This document shows, piece by piece, positions 60,431 to 64,000 of a stretch of DNA of 64,000 nucleotides (its first letter is position 1; every line of letters starts with the position of its first letter). Made by a program: the position numbers and the translations under genes. The notes beneath the pieces were generated by a model. It had not been told where the DNA came from, did no database searches, and worked only from the letters and a program-made list of their open reading frames with translations. Location of the stretch: contig JAQGDQ010002370.1 in NCBI GenBank assembly GCA_030141605.1, forward strand, positions 782,327-846,326. Direction: 5' to 3'. This DNA is from Tubiluchus corallicola. Its lineage: Eukaryota > Animalia > Priapulida.

Positions 60431-61578
60431 TGGCTGCATCTTCTAGGTGTCTCAGTGTATGCCAAATTAATATCAATACTTTTTCTGTTCGTTCACAATA
60501 TGCGTTAGACAAGTATGTAAACTCCTACTACTTTGATATTGTTACAGTACAGGAAGTGAAAGCTAAACAATACGATGATGTGACTCTAACTAATTATCAA
60601 AGTTATGTCAAAAATAAGGACCCAAATACAAGTGGATGTGCAGTATTCGTAAAAAATGGATTGATTAGTTGCAGACTACACGAATTAGAAGATAACAACA
60701 CAGATACAATTTGGGTTTTAGTTAAAGGCAAAGGTTTGAAAATGATTGTAGCTTCTGTATATGTTCTGCCAAACAAAGTCGAGCACATGCAATCAATGCT
60801 AGCTTCTTTCAAAAAGGCCTGCCTATTTTCTGATCAACAAAGCCTAGACGGTGTTATGTTAACTGGAGATCTGAATAGTAGAAGTTTTATGTGGGATGTA
60901 AAAACTAACTCACATGGGCAACTATTAAATGACTTTGTTTGGTCTAGCACATATCCAGTACTGCCTGTTGCACCGTTGGTTGAAACATTTAAATCAGCCC
61001 ACGGCAAAAGCATCATTGATATTGTATTGCTAACAAACAATCTTGCGTCATTACCGGTGACACAAAGCGTTGACGACGAGGTTGAATTGTTTAGTGGAGC
61101 TCCGTTAATGGGCCACTTTCCAGTCATTACTAAGTTAGGTGCATCTTTCCATAACTATAGCACAACAGCAAAGCGTACTGTCTTCGATTTCAAAAGCAGT
61201 AATTGGCATAGCTGGTCAGGTTATTTAGAAAATAGTTTGCGCTCTAATTTTGCGCTCCTTAACGATGCTATAATGCGAGAGGACCCTATTGAGCTGTGGC
61301 AGTTGTTTCAGAAATTAATAAAAAACAGCAGTGAAGCTGTACTACCAAAGAAAGTTATATGTAATCACTCAAAACCGTTTTGGACTCAAAACTTAAGTTT
61401 TTTGTCAAACAATGTACGAAGGTTGAGAAAAATCTATCTAAAGCATTCTAATATTCACAATAGGAACCGGTATCTTGAAGAAAAGACTAAGTTTGATGAA
61501 GAACTTCGCACAGCTGCTGATAACTGGCTTTATAAAAAGTGTGTCAACTTAAATGTTCGCAAAAGTAATGCATTCTGA
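60430..61578 (+). CDS. LINE ORF2 N-terminal part: APE endonuclease, ending at premature TGA
   Basis: QININ, VQE, SVY, GDLNSR, SIIDI motifs and KPFWT linker motif; same frame as 61627..63720. Confidence 0.9.
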   Translation: MAASSRCLSVCQININTFSVRSQYALDKYVNSYYFDIVTVQEVKAKQYDDVTLTNYQSYVKNKDPNTSGCAVFVKNGLISCRLHELEDNNTDTIWVLVKGKGLKMIVASVYVLPNKVEHMQSMLASFKKACLFSDQQSLDGVMLTGDLNSRSFMWDVKTNSHGQLLNDFVWSSTYPVLPVAPLVETFKSAHGKSIIDIVLLTNNLASLPVTQSVDDEVELFSGAPLMGHFPVITKLGASFHNYSTTAKRTVFDFKSSNWHSWSGYLENSLRSNFALLNDAIMREDPIELWQLFQKLIKNSSEAVLPKKVICNHSKPFWTQNLSFLSNNVRRLRKIYLKHSNIHNRNRYLEEKTKFDEELRTAADNWLYKKCVNLNVRKSNAF

Positions 61579-63720
61579 AGAGATTATAAGAAAATATTTA
61601 CTGGTAGAGCAAATTCAGATATCGGCATGCTAAAATATGAAGGAAACATATATAGCGAAAATCAAGATATTTGTGAGGTACTATACAAAAATTTTTTAAG
61701 TGGAGATCACGTAAACGGTGCAAATTTCGATTATTTTTGGCAGCAGCAAGTAGAGGGGGAAGTTTCTCGCTATGATTATAGAGGCATGGTGCCCCTTGCT
61801 ATAAACTGTAACTTTACAATGGATGAACTAAACATTGCAATAAAAGAAACAGTCACGCAGGGCAAAAGCACCGACTGCGATGCCTTTCATCCACTGATGG
61901 TTAAACACCTTGGCTTCTGGGCCAAGGCGGTTTTTCTATACTTGTGTAATCTTTGTTTAAGTAAAAGCGAGTGGGTTTGGCGCGAATCCAATGTAATATT
62001 CATTAAAAAGGAAGGCAAAACAAATTATACGGATCCTGGTAGCTTTCGACCCCTGACGCTCTCATCCTATTTTGGCAAATTTGCTGAACGTTTACTGTCA
62101 AATCGATTGAGAACTTACATGTTTGAAAATGATCTGATAGACGAAGTGCAGGAAGGTTTCATGGCAGGTCGCAATACCGGTCGCTATTTGATTCGCTTAA
62201 TATCAAATATTCAAAAGCATTTACTACAAAATGATGTCTGTCTGTCTATCTGCGGTGATTTCCAGCGCGCTTTTGACAGCGTCTGGTTGGATGGTCTACT
62301 GTTTAAGCTATATGAGGCCGGCTTTAAAGGTAGAATTCTGGGTCTTATTAAGACTTTTCTATATGAAAGGAATGTGCGCATCAAGGTCAATAACTATACT
62401 TCTCAGGAATACTGTTGTAAGATAGGTCTGCCACAGGGGTCAGTCATCTCCCCGGTGCTATTTAATTTTTATGTGTCCGACATGTTTGACGAAATCTTAG
62501 CAATATCAAATACTAATAATTTTAAATATGCAGATGACGGAACAATACTTGTAGCTTGTTCTTCCGAAAATGAAACGCTTAGAACTAGTCAGCTGTGCTG
62601 TGATAAACTGTATAATTGGTGTTTTAAATGGCGGCAGATACTAAATTGCTCGCAAGGAAAAACTGAAGTAATTCCATTTGGCCTTCATGATTTAAACGAC
62701 TGCTTAAAATTTGGAACTAATGATGTTAGTTACGTGCAAAGTAGTAAAGTTTTAGGAGTTACAATCGACAGTAATTTGTCATTTGAAAATCATGTAAGTA
62801 AGGTTAGAAGACAAGCTTGGAATAGGTGGATGTCAATTAAGCGTAAGAGCATGCTGTATAAAGGCTTCAGTCTCAGTGTTATCATTGCTCTATTTAAGAC
62901 TTTAGTTTTACCAATTATAATGTATGCTGCTCCAGCCTGGATGGTAAGAAAGCACTCATTGTTTGACGATCTGTTGTATGACGTTATGAAAACTGCTACT
63001 GGTTGTCACTTTCACCCCTCAAAAGACAAACTAGAGTTAATTTGTGGGCTACCCCCACTTGATATTATATTTAAGGGAATCACAGTAAAATTTATGCTAA
63101 AATCTCTAGCAATGTCGGATTCAGATTTAGTCAAAACTCATATAATAGAGATTAGTCGTGATCCCACAATCGGTCATAGACATTTCCTTCGAGAATTACT
63201 GGCTTCTAGTGGTCATTATTTAAAATTATGTAAAAATTATAATTCACGTACTATTGATTACGGTAGTATACCACTGAATATCCTTGAGTACAAAAAACAG
63301 GATATTGAGCATTTTATAACACACCTATGGAAAAATAGATGCCGTACTCGCTACCAATGCCAGGAGTTGTCTATTCTTCCTGAAAATGTATTTTTAACTC
63401 CACTAGACCTTCCTTTTCATACAAATAGCAGAAGGCTAGAAAAACTATCTTGTAGTATTTTATTAGGGCAAGGTAACTTTAAAGATTTTCTTTTTAAAAT
63501 TGGATACATACACGAAAATGCCTGTATATGCTCAGAGGAAGCACAAACAGTTGAACATTTGCTTTTTAATTGTACTTTGGTCGACGAAAATAAAAGATTA
63601 GCGCTTGCAAATAGCCTACAATTTCAAAACATTAGTAAAATTTATACCTCTCGAGACAAAAACCTGCTAGTTGCTTTCTCTGAGTTAGTTTGTGATTCAT
63701 TTTTACAAACTTTAGTATAA
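61579..63720 (+). CDS. LINE ORF2 C-terminal part: reverse transcriptase plus CCHC zinc finger
   Basis: FRPLTLSS, QEGF, DFQRAFDSV, GLPQGSVISPVLFNFY, YADD, LGVTID motifs; CICSEEAQTVEHLLFNC; reading frame open from the codon after TGA 61576-61578. Confidence 0.93.
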   Translation, partial: RDYKKIFTGRANSDIGMLKYEGNIYSENQDICEVLYKNFLSGDHVNGANFDYFWQQQVEGEVSRYDYRGMVPLAINCNFTMDELNIAIKETVTQGKSTDCDAFHPLMVKHLGFWAKAVFLYLCNLCLSKSEWVWRESNVIFIKKEGKTNYTDPGSFRPLTLSSYFGKFAERLLSNRLRTYMFENDLIDEVQEGFMAGRNTGRYLIRLISNIQKHLLQNDVCLSICGDFQRAFDSVWLDGLLFKLYEAGFKGRILGLIKTFLYERNVRIKVNNYTSQEYCCKIGLPQGSVISPVLFNFYVSDMFDEILAISNTNNFKYADDGTILVACSSENETLRTSQLCCDKLYNWCFKWRQILNCSQGKTEVIPFGLHDLNDCLKFGTNDVSYVQSSKVLGVTIDSNLSFENHVSKVRRQAWNRWMSIKRKSMLYKGFSLSVIIALFKTLVLPIIMYAAPAWMVRKHSLFDDLLYDVMKTATGCHFHPSKDKLELICGLPPLDIIFKGITVKFMLKSLAMSDSDLVKTHIIEISRDPTIGHRHFLRELLASSGHYLKLCKNYNSRTIDYGSIPLNILEYKKQDIEHFITHLWKNRCRTRYQCQELSILPENVFLTPLDLPFHTNSRRLEKLSCSILLGQGNFKDFLFKIGYIHENACICSEEAQTVEHLLFNCTLVDENKRLALANSLQFQNISKIYTSRDKNLLVAFSELVCDSFLQTLV

Positions 63721-64000
63721 ATTATTGAACTTTTATATTATATCTGTCACTTTTATATTATACAGGTCGTTTTGTGTAAATTGTGTAAATTGGTACTATT
63801 TGATTTTAGTTGTTCTTTTATTGGTATATTGATTTATTGGTATTTAAAAGTCTTGCGAATATAACAGCTATTTTATTTACAAAGTTTTTTAACCATACCC
63901 TGCAAATAGAGGGTCCCTGTATGTATTTTATGTAAATATCTGTATATGCGTTCAATTTTAAATTTTAAATAAAGAATTATAATAATAATAATAATCTCTC

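Larger units (their letters stand above)
58844..63995 (+). mobile_element. Apparently full-length non-LTR retrotransposon (I-group-like LINE, no RNase H seen)
   Basis: 5' end CACTGTCACTTC resembles the Drosophila I factor start CA(G/T)TACCACTTC; ~410-nt 5' UTR, ORF1, ORF2, AATAAA at 63968-63973 and (TAA)5 tail at 63980-63994; CT-rich flanks on both sides. Confidence 0.92.

Noticed and set aside
60603-61127. Antisense ORFs inside LINE ORF2 (and alternate-frame 62231-62425)
   Set aside because: Expected shadows of a long coding frame.
61576-61578. Selenocysteine or alternative genetic code at the TGA
   Set aside because: Position corresponds to Trp rather than Cys, other Trp codons in the element are TGG, and no SECIS was recognised.

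Overview
AT-rich eukaryotic (invertebrate animal-like) genomic DNA with spliced genes, most of whose exons the ORF track misses. (1) A minus-strand Ly6/uPAR (three-finger) gene with signal peptide, 12-Cys LU domain and GPI-type tail has exons at 12898-12977, 9402-9533 and 5995-6248; its start exon is unresolved. (2) A minus-strand, 5'-incomplete gene has 16 phase-consistent exons between 58700 and 42688 (about 688 aa in the window). It encodes a single-pass membrane protein with a LolA/ependymin-like region, an SEA-like region and four PAN/Apple domains. (3) A near-intact, apparently full-length I-group-like non-LTR retrotransposon (58844-63995, + strand) lies antisense in an intron of gene 2. 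It has a gag-like ORF1, a TAATG-coupled APE-RT-CCHC ORF2 broken by one in-frame TGA, and a (TAA)n tail. Introns and intergenic DNA are full of MITE/foldback elements, degraded LINE and DNA-transposon relics, tandem duplications and microsatellites. No rRNA, intact tRNA or CRISPR array was seen. All calls were made by eye; no database searches were run.
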